Counted from the first letter of the whole stretch, positions 37,321 to 51,631 are shown. The stretch is 63,945 bases of DNA, filler included, from Octopus bimaculoides (GCF_001194135.2; 5 parts of 5 records of this genome joined end to end with filler, not necessarily neighbours in it); one strand, 5' to 3'. Notes: generated from the sequence alone by a model not told the origin. Made by a program: numbers and translations.

Positions 37321-39652
37321 TTTCTTTCTTTTACTGGTATTTAACCGGCACCATTTCAAGCAAAGTGTCTCTCTTTCTTTTAAGAAAGTAAGTTACACGA
37401 AAACGTAAATGATCGTGTCTTCTATTTTATTTCATCTTCATTTGATGTAAAATAAAGTTGTCTTTGTTGGCATTATTGTTTAGCCAATTGCCTTTATCGA
37501 TAGAACAAACCTTTGGGAAAAGCATTCATTCCAGCCTTCGTTCGTAATATGCGGGCATGGAATTTAAGACGTACACCTGGTCAAGTGATTGTGCAAAAGC
37601 TGTGTTGTGAGCTATTGGGATTAAACTACTTATTGATTTTCCACTTGGGGATGAAACTTCACATTTTGGTCTAAAGCTTCATGTGTAAGTCTATATCCTC
37701 ATATTCAATTCTGAGACGTCATTTGAAATGTTGATGTAAGCATAACGCTTTTGAATCATAATTCTTAATATCTAGTTACAAAAACCTCACATTTTAGTCC
37801 AATGCTATAAATACATTTCTAAAACTTTATGTACCGATTAATATATCCTATTTAGGCATAGAGATGTGTATTCAGATGTAAGACTTCACATATTGGTATA
37901 AACGTACCCATGTTGGTCTAAGAATTCCTGATTATGTCTAAATCGAGAATTATAGAAATACTTGAGCAATATCAAAACCAATACTCAATTTTAAAATATT
38001 GGATATATATAACAAATTAAATGATATGGAATTACTTTCTGTTATATGTAGAGGAACTAATGACTACCATTGTATCACCTGATATTATTTTTATATTTGG
38101 AAATAATTCTAGGAAAATTTATCAGCGAGAAAAATAATCATTTATCGCAATACGAATTTGTATTTGTGGCTTGCTAAAAGAGTAAAGGCGTTTAACATTG
38201 ATTATAAACAAAGCAGCCGAATAGAAAGAGTTTGTTGAAGAATTATCATGTCATAAAAGTGATGCAGATTTCCTGTGAACAAATTTTATATAATGGAGTA
38301 GTGGTTATATATATTAATACTCAGAAACTCATTTAGTAACGTAACCTGTAAATGTCAATGTTAAGTAATAATATGATTAAAAGTTTTATTTGGCTAATTA
38401 GTGGTACGATTCATGCTCAGAGAGATACCTCATTAATTAGTTTCTAAGCCAACATTCTTCCCCATGGCCATGTATAGTCACCTGAATGAGAATAATTGGC
38501 CAATTATCCAACACAAGATAAGACAACATAGAAAAACTGAAAAGGTTGAAATTGAAGACAATTACGTTACTGTATTTCTAGAGGCATTATTTATAACAAT
38601 TACAAGCTTTAAAATATCTTTATAGTAACTACGTACATGTTTACGTTATGTTCGAGGAGGTTTATGTATTTTCAGACAGTTATGTAGATACAACTGCAAC
38701 CATCTCTACATATTATGCACACTTCCACTATTATGGTAAAACAGAAGTGGAAGAATAAACAAAATAACATAGAAATAAAAAGTAGATTCTACATTTGCCG
38801 TGACTTCAGTTTATTAAAGGCGGCCAATTTAATCAATCATTTACATGCTAATATAGCACACTTTATTTCAAATGTGCTTATATATCATTACGCAATATTA
38901 TTACTGGTTCACATAAAGGAGTTAGCTCAGTTGAATATTAAAGTTTTCGGAATATAGCAAGAATCTGATTTATGTTTCTTAATATCTAAATACCAAAAAG
39001 GAATATTGTAATACATGCTTTATTCCTTTCTAGAATAGTTTGACAGTAATATTTTATCAATTTGAAATATTTTATAGCTATATCTACCAGAAATTGGACG
39101 CTTGAATAATATATACCTTACATAATGTTGATAGCCCTTTAAAATGAACAAATACAAAATAGGTCCCGTAAAGATGAGTTTGGAAACTGATGATTTTAAA
39201 CAATGCAATATCCTGTATATCTTATTAATATACAATGGTAACTTTTCATTTCATGAACTTTAAATTAAAGCAGAAATGCGTGCAAATATCTGCTGACCAC
39301 ATTGGTTTAAACTAACGTTATGCATTATTACTATGGTTTATTATTGTAATTATTAACTGTCACCAGTAATTCCCAGTAGTTTATATTCTGAAACATGAAT
39401 GAAAAATAACTACTATCACATACTATCTTTAGTAAAATAAAAGAATCATCTCTCGGCATGGTTGAGTCGTGTTATATATGATTTAAGATAATGCAATCTA
39501 TGTAATTTTGCAGTTCAAGTGGAGGAAGAGAATTAAAAAAATAGACAAATTTGTATTTCTATTTCACAATAAAGTATTTTCTTAATGTTATAATGAATGA
39601 ATTTCATAAACTGTTCGTGATAAGCATGAGAATGTAAATAATTTTGGATGAA

Positions 39653-39697
<45 letters not shown>

Positions 39698-42261
39698 GGA
39701 TATTAGAAATATTGAAGACGATCGAGAACATGCAGTGTTAAAAAATTGTTTTATATAGAAATGAGACAGCGTTGAGATTTTTGTTTTCTGCAACCAGATC
39801 TTTCTGTACTTATAAATGGTTGTGAATGCCATCAAACGGATGGATATATCAAACAGGTGGCTATATATATTAATACTCAGAAACTCATTTATTATCGTAA
39901 CCTGTAAAAGTCTATGTTAATTAAATGATCAAAAATATTATTTCGCTAATTAGTGATACGATTCATGCTTAGAGAAGTATCACATTAATTGATTTCTAAG
40001 CCATCGCTTGGTTTACGGTTCACTTAAAAGTGGAATCATATATGTATACCTGTAAAATGGCATCAATTTGAGTCTTCACCACGGTTGATTAAAATCACGT
40101 ATATTTGTTTTAACTGCTGCTTTGTATTCAGTCATTATATGTTCGAAGCATAAACGAAGAATTTAGAAGCAGGTATATTCAACTGCCTACCGTTTTCCTC
40201 TCATATTCGACAGACACAGGGAACAGATGTTTTTGTAAATTAGATCCGTAGCTGGTAAATGCTATATAAACGACGCAACAAATATGTTGTTGGCTCATAT
40301 AGTAATTTTGAAATGGTAGTGTTGTTTTCATATTTATTTTACTATGTCAATATGTTAATTTTCGTTATAGGCTCGATTGCTTCACGTACAAAATATTGCT
40401 TTCATCTATATGGTGTATTTGTTGAAGGAAGAAATGCGCAACGCTTATATAACCAACTTTCCTGAAATTACATAACATATGCTCCTTTGCGCAATCTGTT
40501 TAGTTTTTTTACTATATCTTTGTGGCCATTTATGCATTCCTCTTATGTACTTGATAAACTACACCTCTGTGTTGATCGTGCTTTCAAGATACTGTACAAT
40601 AAAGAACAGAAATAATAATTTTTTAGAGTGTTCCAGTTGATATTCTTGTGAAAATGAGCTTACATTGACAAGGATTTGCTGCCTTTGAAATACCGTTGTT
40701 TTAATGATATAAACGTCATTAAAACGACTCGCAAAATTACTTCCAGCAAATCAATAAGCTAGTTATGTGTGATCGGATGAAAAGCCTTCTGCAATGTATT
40801 AAGGCCTATAATATTTTCTTTTTACTATCTTGGTACGAATTAATACAATCATATCAACAGGAAATGAAAGAATTTAATGTAGGATTTTGAAATACATCTA
40901 TTTGTATTCTAAACTGTCAACATTTAACTATCCTTTTCTATTGGATTGTGGGGAGAATTTTGTAGATGGATGTCTGCAAAGAGTGGGACAGAGAGATCTT
41001 ATTTTTCGCCCTTTGTGAATTGTTCCTCTACCGGTATGGAAATATCTAGTCTCTACGTCAGGGTAGTTAAGAGTGTATTAGAATTCTAATTTCCACCACC
41101 GCCAACATCACTACCACCACCATCTCTATCACCGCCACCACCACAACACAACGACCACTATCCTCATTCCCTTCTCTATCATCATCATCGTCATTATCAC
41201 CATATTTGTGTTGACATGTAAATAGGTTTAGAAAGACAAAACACACACGTACGCCCGCGGGTGTCTGTGCGAGCATTTATGCTCAATCTCCGTGTTTGCT
41301 CAATATCATCTTGATAATCATTATCAACATTTCGAGAAAAAATAGTTCTGCCAAATTAAGTGCATTGACCTTTTTATTTCATGCCTGCTACTAAACAAAT
41401 TATTGTAAAACTATTTTCATTAAAAATCTCAAATAATCGAGTGTAAAGATTAAATGTGTGTGCAGCCTAATAACATATGAACACATTGTTTCCGATAATG
41501 TCTCTACAAACAAGCCTACCTTTTTCATACAAGTTATATTACAAACCGCTTGAATACTTTATATCAGCAATCTTCGATTGTCTTAATAGCTATAATTTAC
41601 ATTATGAGCCTCGCAAATAAACACTACGCAACATTCATGTAGTGTCACGTGTACCTCTTGCTCGATTTCACGAAAGATCAATATATCAATGTCAAATGTT
41701 TTTAGCGGTCCTACGATGTGAAGAACCATATCTTTTTGCTTGACTGCTTCGTAGGCATTCAAAATCTATGTCGATTTTTCAACGATACACAGAACACAAG
41801 GAACCGTTTTGATAAAGAGATAACTGTAAGTCGCGAAAAACTTTTAAAGCCTGAATTACTCGGTAACAGAGAACAATGGATGAATGACTAGAATGATATA
41901 TGTTAAGTGAAGGCATAATGCACAGCATAAACTGAAAGCATACATAAGTAAACGAAAAAAGTAGACCGAGTTCATATATATTACCAGTATTTATATGTAT
42001 TTACATTTATGTGTATTGCAAATAATTACATAATTAGAAACCTAAGCAAATGAATAATTCACAAACAATTCTTGTTATTATATGCCGGTTTATTATAAGA
42101 TTCACTACTTCAACACATAATTCTCATATGCATTTTTTGAAAAGATTAACTTATTAGACCTTGATTATACTTTGCACGCATATATGTATGTATTTAAATA
42201 TATATATTTGTGGGTGTGTGTGCGTGTGTGTGTGTGTGTGTGAGTGCTTGTGTGTGTGTGC

Positions 42262-42324
<63 letters not shown>

Positions 42325-42480
42325 TTAAATTAACAACAGTTTGTAATTTTTCACCTAACAGGATAATTATAATTGTCACTAAATGTGACTCGGATGTTAA
42401 AAACAGCTACATTGCTAGAAATAAGAGCTGAAGCGTTCTAATGCTCTAGTTAACGCACATGATTGAAAACATATACACTG

Positions 42481-42580
42481 NNNNNNNNNNNNNNNNNNNN
42501 NNNNNNNNNNNNNNNNNNNNNNNNTTAATTAATTAANNNNNNNNNNNNNNNNNNNNNNNNNNNNNNNNNNNNNNNNNNNN
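42481..42580. other. Artificial assembly join marker, 44 N + TTAATTAATTAA + 44 N; identical markers at 12198-12297, 19854-19953, 62159-62258
   Basis: All four are exactly 100 bp with the same palindromic 12-mer, which has stop codons in all six frames. Confidence 0.9.
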
Positions 42581-42625
<45 letters not shown>

Positions 42626-42797
42626 ATGGACTTCTTTCAGTTTCCATCTACCAAACCCATTCACAAGCCTTCAGTCAGCCTGAGGCCCAAACTGCCACAC
42701 AGTGGGACTGAGCTCAGTACCATGTGGTTGGGAACCAAACTTCTTACCAGACAGACATGCCTGTGGCTATATATATGGGCACCCATATATAGGTGCC

Positions 42798-42862
<65 letters not shown>

Positions 42863-43780
42863 ACAAGTTAGTGTGTGTTTGTGGTTCCCTGTCTTGAAAT
42901 CACACAGTTGTTGTAAAATGAGTATCACTGTCATAGAAGCAGTATCCATTGTTTACAATCTCCTGTGAAAACTTGCCACATCATGGGGAAATATTACTTT
43001 ACTTGGATATAGGTGAGGGTTAGTGACAGGGAGAACATCTAATTGTAGAAATTGTATGTCAGCAAATCTCCACATAAGCAGATGTTATAACCTTGTTATA
43101 ATCATGATGATGATCATCATCATGATTTTATGTCCAAATGTCATGCTGATGTGAATTTGAAAGAACTTCACAATCCAAGTCAGTTTTTATATGACATTAC
43201 TACCTTCTCAGAGAACCAGTTCTCACTCTATATTTCCATTTTCCATTTGATTTCCAAACTCACAGCTCTTCCTTACATCAAGTATTTTACAGAGAGTACA
43301 CAGCATTTTAACATGGCACCAGCACCTGAAAATATTTCATGTTCTTGACAAAACTAATGTGTCTTCTCTACACTATATTATCTCTATTCATTCACAAACT
43401 TCTTTACAGAGTGTACTGGTTGCACCAGCAATAGAGAGGATCTCTTGTCTCCAGCAATGATAGAGCAGCTGCTTTACTTGATGTCATAAATTTTTTTTAT
43501 TTCATATTAAATGTGACTACAGTACCGAATAGAGGAGACAGTGATAACCAGGCATGTGAAAAGAGAGAGAGTATGACTGAATATGAATGTGTCAGAAGAA
43601 ACAAATGAGTGAGAATAATGTTCTGGGAGAGAGTAATGCAAGAGAGCCAGTGTGACTCTATTTTGGTTGCTGGCAAGGAAATTGAATGAAGAAACATCAT
43701 GGCTGTCATGAAGTGGGAGCAAAGATGGGTGATCATATGAAAGATTGATAAATGGTGGGGTGGCAATGAAGATAGAGTGC

Positions 43781-43817
<37 letters not shown>

Positions 43818-44067
43818 AAGAGAGAGTAAGTTATGGATAGTAATAGAGAATAGTAATAGCAAGTGAGAGTCATAGATGTCAAGTAAAGTGATATGGGAAT
43901 GAATGATGAAAGGGTGGTAATAACAGATGATAGAAGAAACCAAATATGAATAAGTCAAATTTTCTCCTCTTTACACAGGTAGTGCAGCACCTATATAAGC
44001 GATATGTGAAAGAGTAATGAAAAGAAGCTTAAATGGATGATAGACCCAATATATATATATTCTACAT

Positions 44068-44447
44068 CAGGCATGTCAAACCACAGAGTTTCTATGGGCC
44101 ATATTGTTCATATGCATGTTACCATGAGGGCTACATTCCTCACATTCATGTTGCCATGGAGACCAATTTGCTGACATACATTTTGCAATGGGGACCATAT
44201 ATTTTTATACACATTTTTACAACAAAATTTTCCATCATATCAGTTCTTTATTATTAAGTAAAAATCATTTAAAACCTTCTATTTGCTCATCAATAACCAT
44301 ATTTATATTAATTAGATTATTTATTATTTTCATTATTAAAAAGTTTTGGATTCCCCACTTTTAAACTTCTAGCTACAACACTTTCAGGCCACACTCCTGT
44401 TCGAAAACGACCACATGCAGCCTAAGGGCCACATGTTCTACATGTTT
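44068..44447. mobile_element. Decayed hAT(Charlie)-type MITE
   Basis: Left end CAGGCATGTCAAAC. Degenerate right end GCCTAAGGGCCACATGTTCTACATGTTTT. TSD not recognisable. Confidence 0.4.
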
Positions 44448-45319
44448 TAGGTTAGGGAAAAGGGTAAAGACCCCTTTCAGTCATAAATGACCAAGGGATT
44501 ACACCTAGAAAATTACCCTTCGAGGCACAAGTCAGGGCAAGGTTGTTTATGGAAGACCAGCAGTCGCCCATGCATACCAGCCTCCCCTCTTCATACCATC
44601 AATGTTTTCCAAGGAAAAGGCAAAGGTCGATACAGCTTGGCACCAGTGACATCACAACTCATTTCTAAAGCTGAGTGAACTGGAGCAATGTGAAATACAG
44701 TGTCTTGCTCAAGAGTACAACGCATAGCCTGGTCTGGGAAACAAACACACTACCTCATGATTGTGAGCCCAACACTCTAACCACTGAGCCATGCACCTCC
44801 ATAAATATACATACACAACGTATCACACACAGATACACACATATGTACATTGTTTTTTTTTTTGCAATAGTTTAATGGTTAAAACTCTTCTTCAACATCT
44901 CATAGGACTAAGTTCACAAACTTAATGCACAAACTGAGACTATTTCTACTCATAGTAATCATAACAAGACATCATATCTTTATTCATGAATACATAAGAA
45001 TAGAATTTACCTAAAATAATATGAATAAATTATAAAGGGTCCAGATTGATTCTAATATAAATGATACATTTGTAACCAATAATACATATATGTATATATT
45101 TGATTCTAAGAAATGTGATAATTTATTGAACCATGATGCGTGTTAAGCAAACTAAATATTGGCATGATTTCAGTTCAGCATATAGAGTGGTACAAGCAAA
45201 TTGTATCTGAGCAAATACGTGATAAGCTATGTGGTCAATCAACCTACTAGATATAACAGCCAAACCTCTCTTAAATCACACCATAAACACTTTCACTGTT
45301 GTACAATTTTTCCCACTTC

Positions 45320-45375
<56 letters not shown>

Positions 45376-45950
45376 CAGTCATCTCTGGTGGCAGTGGAGA
45401 TAGCAGTGGCACCGTTATCCCTGGTCCATAATTAACATTGTTCTGGTAGTGACCATCACAACATTTCCTTCAGACAAAGGGTTTCTAGAAATGCATTATT
45501 TTATTTTGTTCCTCACAGATTTTAGTTCACATTATATGTCAGTAATTAATTCTCTCTCTCTAATGGATATTCATCTTATTATATAATTTATCTTAACTGC
45601 CTACCAAAATAGAAAACACTCTATTATAGAGAATGGAGCTCTTGGAGATTATAAAATGAGAATTATGAGCTATGGATTGGCAAAATTCAGTATCCAACAT
45701 ACTTCACTTGTTAAGGGTTTTCTATACAGATATATTATAGAAATTACAGCCAGCACTGATTTTGTTATGATGTTTGACATCTGAGATGCCTGATGTAAAC
45801 AACAATAATGAGATTGAAGATGAAAAATAGGTAATGGGTATATATGCCATATTTCAGGAGTTTTGGCTCCTTCATCAACATCCATCTAACCCCTTTATCA
45901 ACCATGAGGACATTGCTTAAATAACCACTTAATATATCGGCCTAACGTTA

Positions 45951-46432
45951 TTGAATATACCAATTTTATATATTAAACACATTCCTGGAAGCTATAAACA
46001 TAAGGATTAACGTCTTGTAGGGATACAGTATTTTATTTGACTTATAAAAAATGTTTAACCCATTACCTACCAGTGATCTCATATGAGATCCCTTAAAAAT
46101 TACAAATTTCGTAATTATCTCTCAATATTTACACATATCTAACCTTTTTGCTAAATCTACTAGGTATATTTCTCTGATATTCAAATGAGGTTTGAATATA
46201 CCAATTTTATATATTAAACACATTCCTGGAAGCTATAAACATAAGGATTAACGTCTTGTAGGGATACAGTATTTTATTTGACTTATAAAAAATGTTTAAC
46301 CCATTACCTACCAGTGATCTCATATGAGATCCCTTAAAAATTACAAATTTCGTAATTATCTCTCAATATTTACACATATCTAACCTTTTTGCTATATCTA
46401 CTAGGTATATTTCTCTGATATTCAAATGAGGT
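45951..46432 (+). repeat. 241-bp tandem duplication (2 copies)
   Basis: 45951-46191 and 46192-46432 differ at one position that I could see (46154 A vs 46395 T). Confidence 0.9.
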
Positions 46433-46590
46433 TTGCTAATTTTTCACCCAGTATCTCGCTTATTTCTATTTAAAATGTTATTTTTAAATGTTATTTTGAT
46501 CATTCCAGCGTGTTTCTAAGGCTGTTTTATGCTAGAAATGAAAGTTTTATAAAAAAAATTCCAGTTAATAGAATTATGGGAGGTAATGGG
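46300..46590. mobile_element. piggyBac-like MITE
   Basis: TTAA at 46296-46299 and 46591-46594. Ends CCCATTACCTACC and GGGAGGTAATGGG (12/13 inverted match). Confidence 0.7.
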
Positions 46591-47421
46591 TTAATATACT
46601 TTATAGTATATTCTGGTTCTATAACAAAATACTACATCCTTATAAGTCATTAATATCTACATATGCATAATCACCTTATTTTACTTATTCTAGGTCTGAT
46701 TAAAACTACTTGACTTATACACACATACCCGACACCCCACTGCTACTTCAAAATTTTTTAGTTATGCACATATTTCACAAAAGCTTACATAATACATCAG
46801 AATATATCAGTAAATACTCTTTTCTTATCCTGTAAATTGTATATCATCCCCATAATGCCCAGCACTAACGACTATACTATTCTTATATTTACAGACCATT
46901 TGGTTAGTCCACATTACTCTATAAGAAGCATAGGGCAGATTTCCCAGTTTCTCTGGTGGATATATTAATCCCAGGATGGACTGCCCGTCTGCCACAGGAT
47001 TACTCATGTTTATCAGCTGAGTTTATTAGAAGAAAATGAAATGAAGTGTTTTGCTCAAGGACACAGTGAATTGCCCAGTCCAGATATTGAAACCACAATC
47101 TTACTGTTATGAGTCCAACACCCTAACCATAAACCATACACCTCTACTTACAGATCATTAATCCCTGGGAATTCTCATCCTGCCAACTTCTTAGTTGCAG
47201 CAGCCACTGACTTATAGATGTTTAAATTAACCACCAACATTATCACTCTCATCATTCTTGGAAAGCTTACAAAGTTATAGTCGGAGGCCTTTTCCTCTGA
47301 GTAAACCTGAAGTAAAATTGGCTGCATGCTTAAGAATTTGACTTTGCAAATGCTTAATTTCAAATTCAATCTGACTGTACTATACTTTGGGCAGCTGTCA
47401 TCTCAACCTGAGACTGATCAT

Positions 47422-47720
47422 TAGGGTGGAGTGAAAACAAAAAATTGTAAAATTGAAAATGCCTGTTTGATTATTAGTAAAGCACCAATCTTTTGCTGAG
47501 ATCAAGCAAAGATATTTACTCCCTCAAGCTCCCTAAACTCCGAAAATGGTTGGGGTTTATAAATTTTTTTACAATAGCGGAGTTTGGTGGTGTCTGTGAG
47601 AGTAAATACTCTTGGCTGATCTAAGTGAAAATTTATCATTTTTCTAGTAATAATATATAGCAAGATTTTAGGCCTCAGGCATTTTCAATTTCCACAATTT
47701 TGTATTTTCATTCCACCCTA
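47422..47720. mobile_element. MITE with ~45-bp TIRs (TAGGGTGGAGTGAAAA...); a second inverted copy starts at 47758 and runs into a gap
   Basis: Left TAGGGTGGAGTGAAAACAAAAAATTGTAAAATTGAAAATGCCTG and right CAGGCATTTTCAATTTCCACAATTTTGTATTTTCATTCCACCCTA are inverted matches. Confidence 0.75.
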
Positions 47721-48242
47721 ACACATATGTGTGCACGGGTATATAGATTGTGTAATCTAGGGTGGAGTGAAAATTTATAAATTGTAGAAACTGAAAATTC
47801 CTGAGGGCTAAAATCTTGCTATATATTATTACTAGAAAAATGCTAAATATTTACTTTGATCAATCAAGAGCATTTACTCCCTCAAAACNNNNNNNNNNNN
47901 NNNNNNNNNNNNNNNNNNNNNNNNNNNNNNNNNNNNNNNNNNNNNNNNNNNNNNNNNNNNNNNNNNNNNNNNNNNNNNNNNNNNNNNNNNNNNNNNNNNN
48001 NNNNNNNNNNNNNNNNNNNNNNNNNNNNNNNNNNNNNNNNNNNNNNNNNNNNNNNNNNNNNNNNNNNNNNNNNNNNNNNNNNNNNNNNNNNNNNNNNNNN
48101 NNNNNNNNNNNNNNNNNNNNNNNNNNNNNNNNNNNNNNNNNNNNNNNNNNNNNNNNNNNNNNNNNNNNNNNNNNNNNNNNNNNNNNNNNNNNNNNNNNNN
48201 NNNNNNNNNNNNNNNNNNNNNNNNNNNNNNNNNNNNNNNNNN

Positions 48243-48273
<31 letters not shown>

Positions 48274-48637
48274 TGTATATATATAAATACAAGGATTTAC
48301 TTTTTGTAATGAGATAAAAAACCAAGGCTGTGTATAATATAGAACATTTATAAATAGTAGGTCTTACAACTGTTTCCAGAATATTTGTTATATCCCTTCA
48401 TTGGAGACAGTGTGAGAGGATGGTTAAACACTAGTTAGTTTAGTTAAGATAGGAAATAGTGAGTGAATTTAGGGATATTGTATTTGTAAATCCATTGTTT
48501 AGGCAGAATGGTATATATATAAGATTCCAATACCATATGAGTAAAATCCAATTGTCCTTAAAATTGGTCATTGCCTTTGTAAATCCCTTATTAAGATTCC
48601 AATTCCCTATGAGTAAAATCCAGCAGTTTTTGGAATA

Positions 48638-48759
48638 CAGAGTTTATACACAGTGTTATTGTATCAAGGGTTCTGTTTAAAGTGACCTAAATGCAGGGAC
48701 CTGCTTTTAGGTCACATTAAACAGAACCCTTGATTCAATATCACTGTGTATAAACTCTG
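48638..48759. mobile_element. 122-bp fully palindromic MITE (TA|CAG...CTG|TA, Tc1/pogo-like ends)
   Basis: About 60-bp arms with 4 mismatches and essentially no loop. TA at 48636-48637 and 48760-48761. Confidence 0.75.
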
Positions 48760-48769
48760 TATTACCATC

Positions 48770-49121
48770 CGAGTGTGATCGCTGCCAGAGCAACTGACTG
48801 GCTTCTGTGCCGGTGGCACGTAAAAATTACCATTCAAATGTGATCATTACCAGCGTCGCCTTACTGGCACTTGTGCCGGTGGCACGTGAAAAAACATTCG
48901 AGTGAGGTTGTTGCCAGTGCTACTGGACTGGCTCCTGTGTAGGTGGCATGTAAAAGTACCCACTACACTCTAGGAGTGGTTGGCATTAGGAAGGGTATCC
49001 AGCTGTAGACATTCTGCCAGATCAGATTGGAACCTGGTGCAGCCATCTGTTTTGCCAGTCCTCAGTCAAATCGTCCAACCATGCTAGCATGGAAAGCAGA
49101 CATTAAACAATGATGATGATG
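48770..49121 (+). mobile_element. SINE/LINE 3' end with internal GGTGGCACGT repeats and a (TGA)n tail
   Basis: GTGCCGGTGGCACGT repeated; ends ...CATGCTAGCATGGAAAGCAGACATTAAACAATGATGATGATGAT. Similar tails in reverse at about 57395 and 63275. Confidence 0.6.
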
Positions 49122-49156
49122 ATATATATATATATATATATACAATGGGCTTACCA

Positions 49157-49197
<41 letters not shown>

Positions 49198-51260
49198 CAA
49201 TGGGCTGTTAATGATTCCAACATGTTTATAAAACCTATGAAAGCATCAGAAATTGGCTGTGAAACAAACAAATATTTATATGTGCAAGTAAACAAAAATA
49301 TGAACACATCTATATGTGTTTGTGCATATATATGTGTATATGCACATGTGAGATTGAATATGTGTGCAGCTTCCTGTTTGTGTTTATTTCTCAACATTCA
49401 TAAGCAATGTTGATTCATTTATGCCTCTGTATCTTAGCAGTGCAACAGAATTAATTCAAATAGAGCAAGTTTCAGAATTAATTTAAATTACCAGGGCTGA
49501 TTTCAGAAATGAAATTCCTTTAAGATAATGTCCCAGCCTGGTTGCAGTCCAATGACTGAAACCAATAAAAGAGTTATAAAATGTTATCTGTTGTTCTCCA
49601 GAGAACTGAGAGAAACAAAATCATCCTCAATGAGGTTTGAACTGCTAAATTGTGCATAGTAAACAAAATTGTTTATAGCATTTATCAATTCCAGCAATTT
49701 AATTACTGCTACATCAACTCAATAGCCAGCTTATTTACAAGTTTGTGAAATTACAGCTAAATGATGTAGAATGTAATAGGCAATTAGAAATAGGATTTTA
49801 ATAGCCCTTAAGCCCTTCAGTGAACTTCATTGATTATTAAATGTTACAGTTTATAACACCTTAGAAAATATATTAAAATATGCTTAGGAAATGAGAGGTG
49901 AATCCGTACATGTTTAAAAAATATGTATTATAAATTATTTTAAATGAAAGTAATTTAAACAAAACTATATACAAATCATGAATGCATTAATGTAAAGAAA
50001 GAAAAAACAATATTCTTTGTGTTTCTAGATGAAATTTGTATCAATAAATTGTTAGATTAATGGGCAAATATTTCTGGGTTTATGTACAGAAGCATATGCA
50101 ATGAACAGATTGGTTAATGTGAATATATGTGCAGTGCATCTCACTGTCTCTCTCTCTATCTCTCTCTCTCTGTCTCTCTGTTTCTCTCACACACAAAAAT
50201 ATATACATACACATATATAAGAATATACATATACATATATAAAAATATACATATACGTATATACTATATATACATATACATATACTATATAAAGCTATAC
50301 AAACGTATATATATAATATATATATGCATACATATGTGTGCATATATATTATGAATGTATATATGTATATATAAATGTATTCATATAAATTTATGTTTGT
50401 ATATTTATATGTATGAGTGTATATGTATATGTGTATATGTATGTATATAAATGTACAATATATATATTTATATTTGATATATATATATTTACATACATAC
50501 ATTCATACATTTACACATGCATAAGCACACACACATATATAAATAATATGCACAGGCACTTCTCTTTCTCTTTCTCTCACTTCATATATGTGTGCGTATG
50601 TAGCTATTACTCACTGGTTGTAATTGAATCTATCAAAACAACTTGATCAATCAATACATAGATAAAATATATTGTTTATAAAGATAAAAAGCGTTGATAA
50701 AAACATACAATATAATTGATATACGCAGATAAAATCTTGTATAAAGAAAGTATACAATGGTAAAATAAGAGATACACATAAATAAATTTTTAAAAAAATA
50801 ATAATACATGTTAGATGTAAAGAAACGATTTATATAAGTCTGTAGAACTTTAAGTGGGTGTGAAAAAGTAAAACTAAAATTTTGAACAAATGCAGCTTCT
50901 TCAAATTTTTATATACTTTCTATGTGCTATTCAAAATTCAGATAAGAATTATTTTTATGATCACATTAAACTATCAGAATGAAATATATATATATATTTT
51001 ATTATTTTTATTGTTGTATGATATTGTTTAACTCCTATTCAGTTGTGATAGGGCAGACCTGTGACCAAACATTGTCCTAGACATTGGAATTCTGTCTTTT
51101 TGTACATGCACCGATATCACAGGAAGAGTTATCTACTGACAAATATGTATTCATAGATGTGAACGATAAGGCACAGACATAACTATGTGGTTATGAAGTT
51201 TACTTCCTAACCACATGGTGCCTAGTGAGTGGACTTGGTAGATGAAAACTGAAAGAAGCT

Positions 51261-51317
<57 letters not shown>

Positions 51318-51631
51318 TCCTTGTTTTGACATCATCTGATGGTTGTAAAGTTATTGTCACTGTCATACGAGTAGTATCATTCATTTACAATATTCTGTGA
51401 AAACATGTCTGGTTATAAGGAAATATTATTTGCTTGGAAACAGATGAGTGTTGGTGACAGGAAGAGCTACTATTGGTCAAACAATTGCTGAATAGTGAGG
51501 CTCTCTCAATTACTTACACTTGCAAGTTATTTTGTGTTTAAACATAAGATCAACATTTTCAGAGTGTGGAACAAACAAACAATTTCTTTAATGGTATATT
51601 TTGAGCATATGTTAACTGTATTACTTTCATA

